DNA of 64,000 nucleotides from Lama glama (GCA_028534125.1 CM052817.1:19408001-19472000), one strand, 5' to 3'. Counted from the first letter of the stretch, positions 1-13,235 are shown. Program-made: numbers and translations. The notes: a model not told the origin generated them from the letters alone.

Positions 1-138
1 ACTTCAAGTGCAGGAAGAATATCTAAAGAATTTGAAAATGATGACATGACATGCTTCATTTGCTGCTGTAGCTATAAATCGTGGAATACCAAGTGGACAC
101 TTGGCCAAGACAGAAACAGGGGCATCTTGTCTTGCTCC

Positions 139-165
139 TTTATACATACAGGTTGCTATGGTTAC
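139..165 (-). promoter_or_regulatory. Candidate RFX X-box followed by TATA box (possible leftward promoter or enhancer)
   Basis: GTTGCTATGGTTAC at 152-165 fits the RFX X-box pattern (GTTGCCATGGCAAC-like). Minus-strand TATAAA at 139-144 lies 7 bp downstream. Motif match only. Confidence 0.3.
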
Positions 166-620
166 AGGAGGTACTGAATTGAGAGGGGCTTGAAGAAGCC
201 ACTCTAATATTTCAGTTCGTGGGATGTTAGTGAACGTTTCTCTTTCTGGGAACAGGTGGTAGAGTAACACCGTCTAGTGCACAGTGAACACAGTGTGACA
301 AATAAAATATCGCCAGAGTGATTTTTTTGGTGAAATGTTTCTTCTTCTTTACCTTTTCCTTTGTATTATCCTATAATACAAAAAAGCTAAAGCTGTAAAG
401 AGGAGAAAGTGTCCTGGCAACTGTGACAGTGTTACTCTCAAGATCACAGAGGGGAGAGTTGAGCTCAGTGGCCTGATTACATCCACAAAGCACTTTCTCT
501 ACAATTTGCTGCCTCTTCTTTCCTTAAATAGAACCCATAATTAAAACTACTTTGGGTTCACTAAGGTTCACTAAATGGGTCTGAAGCTGGACTTTATAAA
601 TAAGCTTTTGTTGTTAAAGA

Positions 621-661
621 ATATATATATATATTATATATATAATATATATATATATATA
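621..661. repeat. Interrupted (AT)n microsatellite
   Basis: Direct reading of sequence. Confidence 0.95.
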
Positions 662-1430
662 GCATTTCTATACCTCATCTGGGGATAGAATCAGACAGCT
701 GTTTTTTGTCCTTCCTTGTATTGAAATCAAACTTCCAAGCTTTGTATACAGTCAGATAATAGCTATATCGGAATAATTGTATTTTCTTTTAATTAAAAAA
801 AAATCACCTATTCTAACCACTAGCATGCTGATTACAACAGTCGGGAAAATGGTGACATCTGACCTGCCCTTATCAATGTCCCAGCCAATTAAGAGGATTA
901 ATGCATTTCTTGTAGACATCAGGCACGTGCCTATGGGAAGCAATGGTTATTGTTTTGAAAACTAAAGGGCTATAGGACACTGTCACAAGATAAAGTCTGT
1001 GTATGAACAGAAGAAATAGGTTTATTTAATTTAAACACCATCCTGATTTGTATTTCAAAATAAACAAGATGGTCTTTGGAAGAAAGCAACAAAATGTTTG
1101 TAGGGGAAAATAGCATTTAGAGAAAAATGTAAATTATGCCATTTCTGAAAAGTAAGTGCATCATTTGATGCAATCTGAAGTGACCATTTCACTTATCTGC
1201 ATACGTTGTTTCATAAAATATATGGCTCCCAGATTTTATAAAATAAAAATTTTTTAAAGGATGATAATTGAAGGAAAATTTGATCCTTCTAACCCCAGCT
1301 AATTTGACAGCCTTATTAAAACTGAGGTCTCTAATGAACAGTCTAGATAGATAAAATCAGAGCACACTGGGTGCAAAATATTCCTGTTAGAGTATAAGCA
1401 CATGTACTTCAGAAACACAAGGTGTCCCTC

Positions 1431-1576
1431 TTTTTTTTTTAGTTCATTTTTGGGGGGTGGGGAGGTAATTGGGTTTATTATTTAATTATTCATTTTATGG
1501 AGGTACTGGGGGATTGAACCCAGGACCTCGTGCATGCTAAGCATGTGCTCTACCACTGAGCTATACCCTCTCCCAC
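1431..1576 (-). mobile_element. tRNA-derived SINE, camelid Vic-1-like
   Basis: Minus strand GGGTATAGCTCAGTGGTAGAGCACATGCTTAGCATGCACGAGGTCCTGGGTTCAATCC has an A box and B box, then an AT-rich body and poly(A) tail. TSD caaggtgt(c/t)cctcttttt at 1418-1435 and 1577-1594. Confidence 0.9.
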
Positions 1577-2896
1577 CAAGGTGTTCCTCTTTTTCACTCT
1601 TCCAGTTCCAGCACCCAGAAGAGGGACTTTTGTTTTATCTCCCCGACACCCTCTACTCTTTATTTTCCTTTAAAAACTGTTTCTTTCTTGGCTACACAGA
1701 ATGGGAAAATTCACTGAACTCATCTCTCCATGGTCCAAGGGATGGTCATATGACTCAAGACCAACTAGACTTCTTCCCTACGATTTTAAATTCTGTAATA
1801 AAAAGAATAGGAGATTTTCTTTGAAGGTGAAAAGCCGTTAGAATAAAAGAAAAAGACACCTACTGCCATAATTTTTGATGTTCAGAAGACATCCACACAC
1901 ATAAAGAGAACACAAAGCTGGTATGTGAAGTAGAGAGAAGAGACAGCCTGAACTAAAGCCAAGTGCTAACTTCCAGTCAGCCCTCAGTGCTGCTCATCCT
2001 CCACTATGTCATCATTTGCTTACATGAGTTAAAATTTCCATTTTGTCTTAAGCTGACTCATTTTCTTAAATTGTAATAGACATTTTTCTTGACTAAAACC
2101 ACAGTGTCTACTTCTTCTAATAAGGGGATGTGAGATCCAAGAAAAATCTCCTCACCTTCTCCACATCTCATGTTCCCATCTGTAAAATGAAAGTGTGGCT
2201 CTGAATAATTTGTAACTCTTATAGTCTGATTCCCCTCGAGCAATGGGTCTGTAAAACTTGTCTCATGTTTGGTTGCCACAAGTGTGACTGATGATTAGGG
2301 TATAAAACAAATTGTCCTTGCATTATCCCATCTGTTTGCAGTCATTTTCAATTCTGATATCTCTGCTTCTCAACTGTTTCTCTCACTGAAGAAGCAGTTA
2401 CCAAAACTTTACTCACAATGTGGAACTCAAAACTAACCTCTACTTTCTCCATTCCAGGCCTAAGGCTGATGTAGGAGGATCATGAGGGCTTCTAAACGAT
2501 TGTCCAACAAAGTGGAATCCCAAACTTCCAACTTAGGCAGTTATTCTCAAAATTTTCTACAGAAATGTCCTGAATAGCAGGAGAGTTAAATATGTTTTCT
2601 GCAGGGTTCTAGAGCTGTGTGAACAGGAAATAAACTATTGCAAGGACAAAATGTATTTTAAGTTAGAGACTTGGATTTAAAGCATCTGACATATTGTATA
2701 TTCTATTCAGTAATACAAAAGCAGTGCTGTAATTTACTTAAAGTGAAGGAAAATGCATGCTTCAGATGGATACACCATGTTTAACTTTTCATATCCTGAA
2801 TATCATAATCCACTGGTGATTGAGAAGCACAGGCTGTTAGTACTGATGGCTCCTATTAACATGTTTTCTGAAAGTGAACTCATATAAAGCCAGCAG

Positions 2897-3408
2897 TGTT
2901 ACCGAGTCCAAACTTGTTCTGCTCACACAACAGGCCAATAAATCAGGGGACAAGGTGTTGGGGCAAGGAATAAGGACTTTATACAAAAAGCTGGCAGACC
3001 GAGAAAATGGCAGACTAACGTTCTGGAGAACCATCTTCCCCAAGTCAGAATTCAGGCTTCTTTTATACTAAAAGGGGGGAGGGAGTGTAGTTGATTGTTG
3101 CAAACTTCTTGGTGTTGGAATCCTTTGTTCTTGAAGCTGTCCAAGTAGGTCAGGTCATGATGTTCTTATAAATTTCCAACAAGACAAAAGTTATTCTGTA
3201 TTCTACAACTTTTTGTCTCTGTGTGAATGGAAATGTGTTATACCCTTAAAGGTCAGAGCCTTGAGAATGGACTATTCTGTACATTTCAGGCTATAGGCAA
3301 CATGCTTTTACAAAAGGTTCAGAACCAGCATGACTAAGTATAGAAAACAGAGCACAGGGTTAGAGCAAATGGAGCAGATCTCACATTGACTTATTCTTCC
3401 CTGTTGCA
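2897..3408 (-). mobile_element. ERV1-class solo LTR, MER41-like artiodactyl family
   Basis: TG...CA termini. Colinear by eye with the reverse complement of 46659-47153. No clean TSD seen. Family name from memory. Confidence 0.8.
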
Positions 3409-4544
3409 AGAAATACATATTAACAGAAGCTTGAATCATCTCATCAGGCTTTCTTCATTCAATTTTAAAGAGAATGGAAAACACAACAGATAAATTTGAA
3501 GAAATGGAAGAGCTCAGGAAAAGTTCAAAGCATTAAGCAAACTCAAAAGGATACTTAAATACCCAGAGGGCAGCTTCAAAGCAGGGAGTAGCTGAAGATA
3601 AAACAGCAGAAGTGAAAAGAATTGCTCACGTGGGGTGGTGTTGCAGTGGTACCCAAAGCATCTCTTACTATCCCAGGAAAAGAGTGAATAGTAGCTCTGA
3701 CAAAAATATGTGGTAGCATCAGAGAAGACAGAATCTTCAGAAGCTTGGAGAAACAGAGTGATCCTGAGGCAAACAGGGGTTCCTGGGGCTGGACTGCAGA
3801 GAAACCTGTCTATGGAGAATGAGAGCTACCACTTTCTTTTCAGAAACTTGCTTATTTTTACTTATCACGTGGCATTAACAGATTGCTGCCTAACTTTGGA
3901 CATTTTAAAAGGAGAGGAACTTTTCTATCAGTTCTGATATGATAATTGTAGAAAATACATCCTTTAATTGAACATCCTTTAATTGAATCACTTGGCCAGG
4001 ATTCCAAATAACAAAATGTCTATTATGCTATTCTCTGCACAATAGAAGTTACGCAACATGTTTCTTTTTAGAAGAGAGAAGAAAAAGTAAAAACCACTCC
4101 CAGATGACCACTTTTCACTTCTATTTTATCGAGAAAGGTGAGGAACATGCATAAAATACATGTTCTTGAATTTATCTCCATTGGGTGCAGAGAGAAAAGA
4201 GCTCATTATTCTTCTAATGGGCAGATTTGATTTTATTGACACCCTAGCAGTACGTCAATCGTTCAGTGTATCTCCCTAGGCTGTAGTCTTACAGACTTCC
4301 TTTTCTTCTGTTTTTTTTTTTTTTTTCACTTAGCAATTCTTGGTACATTTCCAGGGATGTCTCTTTATGTAATCTTACAATCCACTTCTGAAATAATAAC
4401 TATAATTTCAAAGATAACAGTTCATTACGTGCTCTGTCTACCACATAAGCATGTCTAATTATTTGTAAATGGACCACACCTTGCACATATTAGGTAGTAA
4501 ACACATAAATTCAGTTTAAAAACTATATCAAGTAATACATTCTG

Positions 4545-4670
4545 GTGAGGGTAGGCATTTCTTTTTTAATTCATTTTGGGTCTCCATGGACTGGCTCTGT
4601 GCCTCACATCCAGCAGGTATGAAACAAATGCTTGTTGAATAATAAATGAATGAATAAATTAATGATTAGA
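4545..4670 (+). mobile_element. L2 3' end fragment
   Basis: tgtgcctcacatccagcaggtatgaaacaaatgcttgttgaataataaatgaatgaa resembles the L2 3' terminus. Confidence 0.65.
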
Positions 4671-4778
4671 TGTATTAATTAATAGGTAAATAGTTATAAC
4701 TACTAAAAATTTTGATGAATGCATAGAGTTATAGAATTTAATTGCCAAGTGAGATCATTTAGTTCTACCAAAATCTGA

Positions 4779-5288
4779 CCTGGTGACCAGAACAATGGCC
4801 TTAAAGATGCTGAAGTCTTATTTCTCCAAAACCTACGAATACGTTACCTTACATAGCAAAAGGGACTTGGCAGATGTCAGTTAAGGATTTGAGACAGGAA
4901 GAGAATCCTTGATTATCCAGGTGAGCCTAATATAACCACAAGGGTCCTTAAAAGAGGGAGGCTGCATGTCAGAAACAAAAAAGGCCATGTGACCATAGAA
5001 GCAGAAACAGGGAGAGATTTGAAGATGCCTCCTTACCATCTTTGAGGATGGAAGAAGGGGGCAAGATCCAAAGAATGCTGGGAGCCTTTAGAGGCTGGGG
5101 AAGACAAGAAAACAGATCATCTTTAGAGCTTCTAGGAAAAAAAAAAACAGCCCTGCTGACACCTTGACATTAGCATGGTGAGATTTATTTTTGGACTCTG
5201 ACCTCCAGAACTGTAAGATAGTAAATTTGTGTTGTTTAAAGCATTCAGCGTGTGGCAATTTGTTACAGCAACAACAGGTATTGAGTAG
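4779..5288 (+). mobile_element. MaLR LTR, MLT1D-like
   Basis: Typical MLT1 blocks: gttaccttacatagcaaaagggacttggcagatg, gattatccaggtgagcctaat, ctgacctccagaactgtaagatagtaaatttgtgttgtttaa, tttgttacagca. Confidence 0.85.
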
Positions 5289-5289
5289 T

Positions 5290-5380
5290 CCTACTCAGTG
5301 GGTCTGGAATAAAGTCAGGAACCTGAAATTTACCAAGTACCCTCAGTATCTCTGAGGCAGTAATTATCTGGGAAACCCTG
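5290..5380 (+). mobile_element. MER5-like hAT-Charlie MITE fragment
   Basis: tcagtgggtctggaataaagtcaggaacctgaaatttaccaagtaccctcag...ctgaggcag resembles the MER5A/B right half. Confidence 0.45.
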
Positions 5381-8300
5381 ATATATTTCGTGACACCCAT
5401 TTTATACTTGAAAAGAACCACAATGTTAAGATCTCAACAGCATTAGTATAGACATAAGTTCAATTTATCATGTTCCAAAAACATGTTTGGAAAAACAAAC
5501 CAGAAAAAAAGCCCTAAACTATTAACAGTGTATTTTGTAGATAGATATTGATTTTCTCCCCCTGCTTTTACAAAGAGAACAATGGCCAGCACATGTTTTC
5601 ACAGGGGGTGTTCGGGATAATACCCTCTATGCATTGTTTCAAGCAGAAATTCTCTGTCTCTCATTTCTGCTGTATTATTTTACATCTTTCAAAGACGCTC
5701 ACATTTCACCGCAGGGAGCCAAAGCTGGTCTGTGTTAACATCTCTAACTGCAAACCATGGTGGTGTTTACTTTCCTTTCTCTTGAGTAGACTGTTGGTGG
5801 TTTTCTCTATCTCCTTCTGTGAAGAGTATGATAAACATGTGGTGTGAGCACATATTTTTCTGTCTTCTTTAAATTATGTTACTAAATCATACTAACTGTG
5901 GCTTCATTAAATACATAGGACACATTTGGAGTTTTAACAATTTTAGAGCCATTCAGTAGGCATGTTAGTACTGCTTGTTTTCTAAAAATATTAAAATTAA
6001 GGATGGAATTCTAATGTGCATTAGTAACTTAGTATAAATCTAGGCTACAAATAGAAAAGGGAAAAATTATAATTCACCAAGGGAATTCTCAGAAATGACT
6101 CTTTCAAAATGATAGAATTTTAAAGCAGGTGTTGGGAAGACATCCTATATTCTTACATCTAGTTTTTTCTTTCCATTTAACAATCAGTGTAATTATTACT
6201 GCTTAATTCTTTTAAATTTGACATTGTTCTAATGTGTGCTCTTATATGAACATTTCCTTTGGCGCTTCATCTCACACTATCTCTCTTTAAAAAGCAAGTT
6301 TCTCTATAGGGACAAATTTTACTATGGCTGCCCGATTTCCTCCTTTCAGCATGACTATTCAGCAGGTAAGCTCTGAGACTCTGTGTGTATTTTTTTCAAT
6401 TTGTCTACAGAAAAATAATGGACTCAGAGACACACAGTTGTAAGGGCCTGTGATTGTCATTTATGCTGCTTCCCATCCAAGATTTAAAGCCTTGATTTTA
6501 GTGACTACATGGGAAATTGAAATCCCATTTACAAGATTTCAAGGACCCTCACTATTAAACTGAGATCCTCAGCCTTTTTGCTGGTATATTGTTATTGTTG
6601 GAGACATTAAGCAACTAGACCTCTCTTGGGGACTGACTGTAGCTGCTTCACACCCGGATTAATAATGAGGGAAGGAAATTTTCCCTGGTTTTGTCAATGA
6701 GACTCTGGAGCACTCTCTCTGTTTTCCTTATGCCTGCTTTAGTGACTACAGAGGTTTTTCTTGCCAGATATACACACAGTAGCAAAAACTGAAGCCTCTC
6801 TCTTAGCTAATGAGCAGCAAAATATAAGCTTGGGACTGTCTCTATGGAAACTTTTGAATACGGTGACCTACCAGTGCTGAATGTGCTTGAGGTGACAATT
6901 CTCATAGAAGGCAGATTGTCACAAATGGGAGATGGTAAGACTGTATGAGAGCTACTAAATTTACCTCTGCCTCAGTTTCCATCACTGGAAAGGCATCGTC
7001 ATCTAATTCACAGTCATCAGGATTAATGAGTAATCTAAATTATATTAAATTTCTCAGGGATAGGCATTATATAAATAGGAAGCACTCTATTAAATGGGCA
7101 AAAAATTCAAGAAAGGAAGGCTAAACCTAATATATAACATGTGGTCTCAAATGTAAGTAATTGACCACAAATCAGGCCTTTGGGCCAATTACTGGCCATC
7201 CAATCTGTGTCATTTGAAAAAAATTGTACAGAACATCCTTTCTTCACTTGCAAAATTTGCTTTTACATGAAGTAGATAATTTAGCACCAAATAAGAATAT
7301 AGTTCCATTTCCTCCATGTATCACTGCAGACTGCTAAAAAAAGAATTATATTAAATTGGTAGTCAGAATCTTTCCTCAAATGATAATTGGATCTCAGATT
7401 CAGAGAACACCATTCAATTGGAAAGAAATGTCCAGAAGAAACATACAGCCTCTGTACATATAATATTTTATATATAATATAAAATATTGTATATTTTCTT
7501 AAATATTACATCAAGTTCACTCCACAGAGGGAGAAAACATTGATCCAAAACATGTATCTGATATTATGCTTTAAAATGCCACGTGTAAATTGTTTATATT
7601 TCTGTTATTCATGCTGTGAAGTCTACTTACAGACAGTAAGAATCCTTATTAATTTTTACGGAATTGTCCATTGAATGCACAGTACTCTGCTAAGATATTT
7701 TGATGGACTTGGTGTAGAGAAACAATAAGGGCAAAAGTTATCTGGACCCTTTGTCATAATCAGTATGCTATTGTTAGTCTTATATAAGAATGCCTCCATA
7801 GTTAAGAATTTGTGTATTTATCAAGTAATATTCAGACTTTTAGAATATGCATACAAACTGTGATCCGAATAAAACTAGTATTCAAGATGGAAAAGAAGTA
7901 GACTCACGTAGAAAGCCTTCATAGTTTGTCACTGGGGATTTTGGTAGGAAAGTTATTAATATAGATATTTGTATATCAGGGAGCTCTTCATTGAATTGAG
8001 AGCTATAAGCTACGAGGAATATTTTACTGGAAATATACCTGCAAGAAGCTCTATGCATTTTCCAAACAAAGAAAATAAACATCACTTATCTGGAAAACAG
8101 GTTGAAGATAAGTTCTAGCATGATAAGATATATTTAAAGCACTAAAGACAAATCAGAACAACACATGATCCCCAAATAGAATTGAACACTTTTTGGCTAG
8201 ATATGATTCTAAAAACTCTTGCCTAAATGATTCAGACTGGATTTGTGTGATTTCCCCTATGTCCTCTTCATGACCACCGGGAAGTCTTGTAGATCCCAGG

Positions 8301-8684
8301 GAAACATAAATTGAGTTAAGCGAGTTCACAAATTCCACTAAGACCTGTGTGTTGTCCAGGATGGTTGGTATTTCAACCCAGATAATTATGTAGTATAAAT
8401 TATGGAAGGTGAGAGAAGGAATAAAATGAACATATTCAACAAAAGCTCCCCATGTTTCATGGGGTAAATACAATCTCTGGGAATCTATTTGTAAGTAAAC
8501 ATTTTACAAATTCTTTTATCCAGAAATATTTTGTTTCTGAATTAACTCTATATATGTCCCTGTGCACGCATGCGCACGCACGCACACACACATCTCAAAC
8601 AGTTTATATTATTCTAAATATATGCCCGGAATTGTGCTAAGCATTTTATGTGTATATTTATTGCATTCTTTACGTCTAGGAAGT

Positions 8685-9046
8685 TGTCTTGGCCTGTTTA
8701 GGCTGCTATATACCATACTAAAATACAGACTGGGTGGCTTATAAACAACAGAAATTTGTTTCCCCATACTTGAGCCTGGAAGTTCAAGATCACGGCGCCA
8801 GCATAGTTACACCCTGGTGAGGGTCCTCTCCTGAGCTGCAGACTGCCTACTTCTTCTGTGTCCTCATCAGGTGGAAGTGGTGGGGATGCTCTGTGGGGAC
8901 TCTTTGAAAAAAACATTAATCCCATTCATGAAGATTCCACCCTCATGACTTAATTACCTCGCAAAGGCCCCAGCTCCTAATACGGTCACCTTTGGGGGTT
9001 AGGTTGCAACAAACTAATTTTGAGGGGACATATTCCAACCATAGTA
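8685..9046 (-). mobile_element. MaLR LTR, MLT1A-like
   Basis: tgtcttggcctgtttaggctgctat...agactgggtggcttataaacaacagaaattt...aagttcaagatca...ccaccctcatgacttaattacctc...aaccatagta. Confidence 0.85.
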
Positions 9047-11376
9047 AAAGATAAAATATTGATATAATGTTTCCAATTAATATTGACAAGATTTCTTGTT
9101 AAGTGTAGTGACTAAATACTTGAGTCGAAGGATGAAGAAACAAAGATAAAGAGTAGTTAGCAAAAAAAGTTTTACACATAAAATACTTTGAAGTCCATTA
9201 GGAGTGATGCAAATATCATAACCAGAAGATCTTAAGGACTTTCATCCCAGAATGGAAAATACTAAATGATACCCATATCAAACTGCTTGTTCTATTTAAA
9301 CACCAAAACCCTATTTGAAACTTCAGAGTGTAACTCTGCCCCTTAAATTAAAACACAGTATTGGTTTTACGTATTGCTTCTTGAGTGAAAACATGTTCGC
9401 CATTAAACTATGAATTTCCAAGTTTTTCTTCCATAAACCACTTTTAGAATGCCTTTTCGTTCCACCTCATTATAGAAGAACACTTGTTTCCCCCCCATAA
9501 AGCAGTGTCTTGATACAGGAAGTGTAATATATCATTCAAGTGACCCTTTAAGCCATTGTATTTTGAAAACTATAGTTTTTGAACTAATGACTATGTTGTA
9601 ACTATACAGAAATAATGAAGTTATTGTCCTCTATATCATAGAATTTTGGTAGAATGAACAGTAGCTAAAGCCAAAGGGTGAAAGCATTATAAAAGTTATT
9701 TTATATGTCTTAATTTATACATCAGTGTTTCAAAAATGTCACATCTCAAATTGTTGATGTCTACATTTATTTTGGCTTTGTATCTGCATACATCTAAATG
9801 TGCTACGCTTTGGTTAATGTTCCTTTTGTTAGCTACAGCTGTCTTACTCCTCTGTCTAGGAAATACTATTTTAAGAAGGATTAAAAAATTATCACTTAAT
9901 GTATGTTTCTGTTTGAAAGTTCATTTAAATATACAGTTAGTTATATTTGATGTATACTTATGAATGTGTTATATTTACATATTTCCAAACATTTTGTAAC
10001 AATCAGAAAAATGTGAGCTATATCAGATGATATAACAACTCAAAAGTAATCATTTCTCACCCCAATGCCTTGTCTCTTTTCTTCTGATACAAACAAGGTA
10101 TAGAGAGGTCAGCTTTCTTAAACATGTTCCATTTTGACTCACAGTTGTCAACTACTTGTAAGGAGAAGTAAATGTAGATTTCTTTATTTAGAATATTGAC
10201 CCTGGGGGGAGGTATATTTCCAAAGGCAAAAGCTTTTACAGGCTTCAGTGGCTCAAATTTTAAATATATAATTCCAGAGATAATTTCTTCCAATTTTCTT
10301 TTTTCAGTTAGGGAGAATTACAATGCAATTTCAAATTCAATTCAAGTCTCTGACCCTGATCTACTAGATCATAAATATACCCAATCCATTTACATCAGTG
10401 ACCAAAGAACACTTTCTATTTCCTTGGCGATGCTTCTCATTGTTTCCCAAGAATGCGACAGACTTAGTGAGCAGGAGGCCAGTTATATGGGAGAGTAATA
10501 GCTAACATGACAGATTTTCCCCCAACTGCTGTAAGAAGACATCACACTTTGATGATGATGTGAAATAAGCATTTCAGCCCAGCTGCTTAACCCAATGCTC
10601 CTTTTAACACTTTAACCTTTTAATGTAATGGGGAAGGTTAGAAGTTAACAATATTTCATTATTTCTCAAATACATCAATTTCAAAGTAAATCAATTACCC
10701 AGAGAGTAATATTTCACATGTTTTCATTATCTATTAGGTACTGAAACCCAGAGAGTTATCTGTGAAAGAAATAAAAACATATTAGAGATATTTTTAAAAA
10801 GTCTTCATGTCCAAACCATGGAGCAGATCAGTTAAGAAAAATGCATCAGGGAAGAGAACAACAGGATTCTTGGGTCTATTTATTTTATTTTGTTTTATTT
10901 TTGCATTTTCAAAATGTTTACTAATACATGGAGCTTGCTTTTAAATAAGCTGCATTTTTGCTTACATTTGAGAATGCTTATCCTTCAAACAGTAATATGC
11001 AATGGTAGGTAAAGTTACTAGTGCCGTGTGACCACTGAAATCCAATTGAGGGCTCCAGGAGAGTGAGCCCTTTGAAGAGTCTTTTGTTGTGATTGAATAA
11101 GGACAGTCACAGGCGTGGTGAGTCATATGTTCTGAGCAAAGATGCCGCATATGCCCAAATATTTGGACTCATTGGGGTGATGTCTTCCTCAGAGATGATG
11201 AGAGCAGCACATTCTTCTCTCATTTTCTACCTATTTGACCTTGGTCTAATCACCAAGCCTCACTGTGCTATGATTCTCTTCACCAAAACATAAAATACTA
11301 ACTTATTGATAAGAGACCAGTGAGAAGAATAATGAGTATTAGCGAATTAAAATGTGTTGCAAATCCATAGTTAAAC

Positions 11377-11918
11377 TGTTAACTGTTAAGTTTGTCTTAC
11401 CCAGGAAAAAGAATTTGAATGGGAGACTGAAAGTGTGATATAAACAGAAAGTTTGTTATTAGAACAAAATTTAGTATAATACACCTTCAAGAACTGAAGG
11501 CGGGCCAACCCCAGAGAGGAAGATGGTGGTGCTCGTTTGTTTCTCCTGTCTTATATCCTGGCTTAGGGGCATCTCGTGACTGATTGACAGCTCATGTCCA
11601 TTGAGTGCTCAGGTAGCCCAGCTCTTTTGTGCATGTTCTTACCCACGATGCACACAGAAAAAACCTACTGGGAAGGGGCCCAAACCACAAGGCTAATTAT
11701 ATTATAATGAGTATTGGGTCGTGTTAAGCCAGGTCCTTCTCTCTACTGCGCAGCTGCAGCATTCAATTCTAACTAGCTTCTCTATTGGCACTCATTTAGA
11801 GAAAGTAAAACTCTGTGAAGCCCCTTATTCTGAGCACAGGTATAAGGTTATCTTCTGGATTGCTCCCTCCCCTTTCTCTCCCCTTGCCCGGTGCTTATTT
11901 CTATCTAACTGCCTAACA
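11377..11918 (-). mobile_element. ERV1-class solo LTR
   Basis: TG...CA termini with a perfect 4-bp TSD AAAC (11373-11376 and 11919-11922). Homologous to the LTR at 27163-27571 in the opposite orientation. Confidence 0.88.
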
Positions 11919-13119
11919 AAACCATGAATTATCCACTTTTGTGACTATTAGGACCCTTAAACAATCAACTCTAAACATATCCAGAATTTCTTTTGTAACA
12001 CATAGTGTAGTGTTTCTCCCTTGAAATTGTAATCAAAACACTCAAATCATATGAGAAAAAAGTTTCTTTGGTAACATACTTTCTTTTCCTTTCCAGAGAC
12101 TTCTGAAGTAGGTGGAAATTCCAGCTATAATTGAACAGATTAGTTATCTGTGACCTTCTGTACCTATTCATTTGGAGGACGAAAGCAGTAGGCTCATTAG
12201 GTTCAACCAGATCAGAGATGACTTTGCTTGTGTATGGTTTTAGTTAACCAAGATTGTCTGCAGGACCGTGAGCCTCACACTTAGCTTTCAGTGGAATTTG
12301 ACTTGTAAGAATAAATCAGTGCTTTGGAAATGTCATGTTCTTATGTTAATGAGCTTATAATTAAGCAGAACGCAGGTGGTTTTCTTTACAGAATTCCACC
12401 CACAAGGATTCTATTGATTTACTGTTTCATTATATGAAATAGCATGCCAGGGTGAAGGTGAAGCAGAAAACAAATTATGATCTAATCTAAGATGTAGATC
12501 TGTATTGGAGTGAGAGTGCTGACCTGTGAAATACATTCAAGGAGGATTTACAAAATCATTCCTATTGTCAAAATGATGAAAGGAGATCTTCTCTGGGTGT
12601 TGCACTGGGGACTGCAAAGTCAGGAAGTTTCTAGAGGTACTCATGAACTTAAAATGCTAAAGTAGTTTGCACATATTTGCATTAATCAGGAATGTATTTT
12701 TTTTAATTGTAGAAGGAATAATTTAGTATCCTTTAACGTATCTTTATATATAGAAAAAATAAGTTTGCGGGGAACAGTGTTGCATGGAGAGGAATTACTA
12801 AAATTAAATGTGTGAATGTTGAATATGATATACATACAACTATATGTAAATAATTTAAAATATGAATAAATATATAATAACATATATAATATATAAATAT
12901 ATATATAAATATAAAATATATACAGTTTAGTTTTGTATATATTCTCAAATATCACTGTTGTCACTAAAATTGCTTTGAGACTATTAAGTTGTCATGGACC
13001 TTCCACCTGGAAGACTTCCTCAAGAAAGGGAATCTTCATCTTTATCAAATGAAAGAATGTCTGCGTATAGACAAAGCATTTGTAACTGTAAAGCAAGAAC
13101 TTAGTTATCATTATTCTTT

Positions 13120-13235
13120 TATTTCTTTAATTATTTAGTCAACATCATCGAGCACTAATTTGTATCAAAATATATATAATTCCTAGAATAAAGGAATGAA
13201 CAAAGCAGTCCCTGTCCTATGGAAGTTCATAAAAA
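13120..13235 (-). mobile_element. L2 3' fragment
   Basis: gagcactaatttgtatc...gaatgaacaaagcagtccctgtcctatggaagttc resembles an antisense L2 3' end. Confidence 0.5.

Noticed and set aside
4..270. 88-aa minus-strand ORF at the window edge
   Set aside because: GTG start, no recognisable homology and no clear exon boundaries.
4143..4165. p53-like pair GAACATGCAT / ATACATGTTC
   Set aside because: Both half-sites are mismatched and spaced, which is common by chance.
10061..10151. Possible minus-strand exon (acceptor TAG, donor GTGAGA)
   Set aside because: Peptide not recognised, no partner exons found, and such sites are expected by chance.
12686..12964. Y/I-rich ORFs
   Set aside because: Translation of low-complexity AT-rich sequence.
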